NCBI RefSeq assembly: GCF_963973085.1
Contig: NZ_CAXAXA010000005.1
Location: 224 to 64,223, forward strand
Origin: an uncultured Sneathiella sp.
GTDB lineage: Bacteria; Pseudomonadota; Alphaproteobacteria; Sneathiellales; Sneathiellaceae
Direction of reading: 5' to 3'
Length of the DNA stretch: 64,000 bases
This document shows, one piece after another, positions 63,131-64,000 of the stretch. Position numbers and translations under genes: made by a program. Position 1 is the stretch's first letter, and each line of letters starts with the position of its first letter. The notes beneath the pieces are model-generated. The model ran no database searches, had not been told where the DNA came from, and saw nothing but the letters and a program-made list of their open reading frames with translations.

Positions 63131-64000
63131 CTAGAATCGCGTCCCGAAGTCGAGCTGGAATATCTCTTCCTTGTCGTAATCTTCCTTCAATAAAGGAACC
63201 GCGACATTTATCTGAATGGGACCGAACGGTGAGACCCAGTTCAAGCCAACGCCGACCGCTGCCCGTATACTAGGGTCATCCGCAATGCCGGGGTCATCAT
63301 CATCAATGGTCGTCAAGGTTCCGACATCAAGGAACGTCCGACCGAGAACGCCATATTCCTCCGGCAGACCGACCGGGAAGCGAAGCTCGGCGGTTGCAAC
63401 AAAATAAGCGTTACCGCCAAGCGCATCCCCGGACGCCAGATCCCGCGGCCCGATACCGCGGTTATCAAAACCGCGGAAGTTACGTCCACCGACATTATAG
63501 CGTTGCGCAAGGATAACGTCTTCCCCAAGTCCAAAAATATAACCGCCTGTAATACCGGTACTCAGGACAACATCATTCTCATAGACCGGAAAAAACCGGA
63601 TATAACTGGCATTCGTGGCAAGAGAGCGAACGTCCCCGCCAATACCGGACAGCGTCTGTCCAAATGTATATTTACTTCCGGTTGTCGGAAATAGCGTATC
63701 GTCCAGATCACTGATCGTGATGGTGTAGCCGACCGAGGAAATGAGGTACTCCCCAGCCGCCTTTTGAATAGCCACCGGAGCGTTTAGGGCCAGATTATCA
63801 ATTTTCTCATTCACCAGGCTGTAGAAAACATCCCCGCGAACATATTCACGGATGGGAAAGCCCGACCGCAACACAAAGCCGGTGCGTTCCAGATCATATC
63901 CACTTTCGTCCTGATAATCGCGAACCGTCCGGAAAATATCGAAACCGGCACTCAGGTCACGATCAAGGAAATAGGGCTCCGTGAACCCAATATCAATCGT
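63131..64000 (-). CDS. bamA: Outer membrane protein assembly factor BamA, C-terminal barrel (partial; continues past the window end)
   Basis: Ends ...FQLDFGTRF. My translation upstream of 63874 stays open to position 64000 (..GFTEPYFLDRDLSAGFDIF..). Confidence 0.9.
   Translation of the reverse strand, partial: TIDIGFTEPYFLDRDLSAGFDIFRTVRDYQDESGYDLERTGFVLRSGFPIREYVRGDVFYSLVNEKIDNLALNAPVAIQKAAGEYLISSVGYTITISDLDDTLFPTTGSKYTFGQTLSGIGGDVRSLATNASYIRFFPVYENDVVLSTGITGGYIFGLGEDVILAQRYNVGGRNFRGFDNRGIGPRDLASGDALGGNAYFVATAELRFPVGLPEEYGVLGRTFLDVGTLTTIDDDDPGIADDPSIRAAVGVGLNWVSPFGPIQINVAVPLLKEDYDKEEIFQLDFGTRF

Overview
This window looks like an alphaproteobacterial chromosome. The evidence is the dusB-ntrBC-ntrYX-trkAH-hfq-hflX block, the fused ispDF, lpxI, a PDH E1-beta carrying a lipoyl domain, and a GAAC-N7-GAAC SOS box at lexA. 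From about 4.5 kb to 64 kb it is ordinary, densely packed housekeeping DNA. That stretch covers cell-wall enzymes, tmk-holB, recX, mazG, the pdhABC-lpd-lipA cluster, eno-kdsA-pyrG-secG-tpiA, trpE and trpGDC-moaC-moeA, lexA, comEC, gltX, gltA, and lpxB-lpxI-lpxA-fabZ-lpxD-skp-bamA. The clearly accessory part is the left edge (1-4430). It is a low-GC island abutting the 3' end of tRNA-Ser(UGA), and its left end lies off-window. The island carries three translationally coupled genes: a large tyrosine integrase, a polytopic membrane protein with no recognisable family, and a 503-aa protein. The 503-aa protein combines a winged-helix-like N-terminus with an ordered set of single-subunit polymerase-like palm motifs (GGRFY, DYS, K, HDSF). 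This is my best candidate for something undescribed, but the call rests on motif reading only. Smaller oddities are a signal-less GH24 lysozyme in an AT-rich pocket between ftsB and eno, a repeat-laden AT-rich tract upstream of pdhA, and near-identical lipoyl domains on pdhB and pdhC. No CRISPR array, rRNA or IS element was seen.
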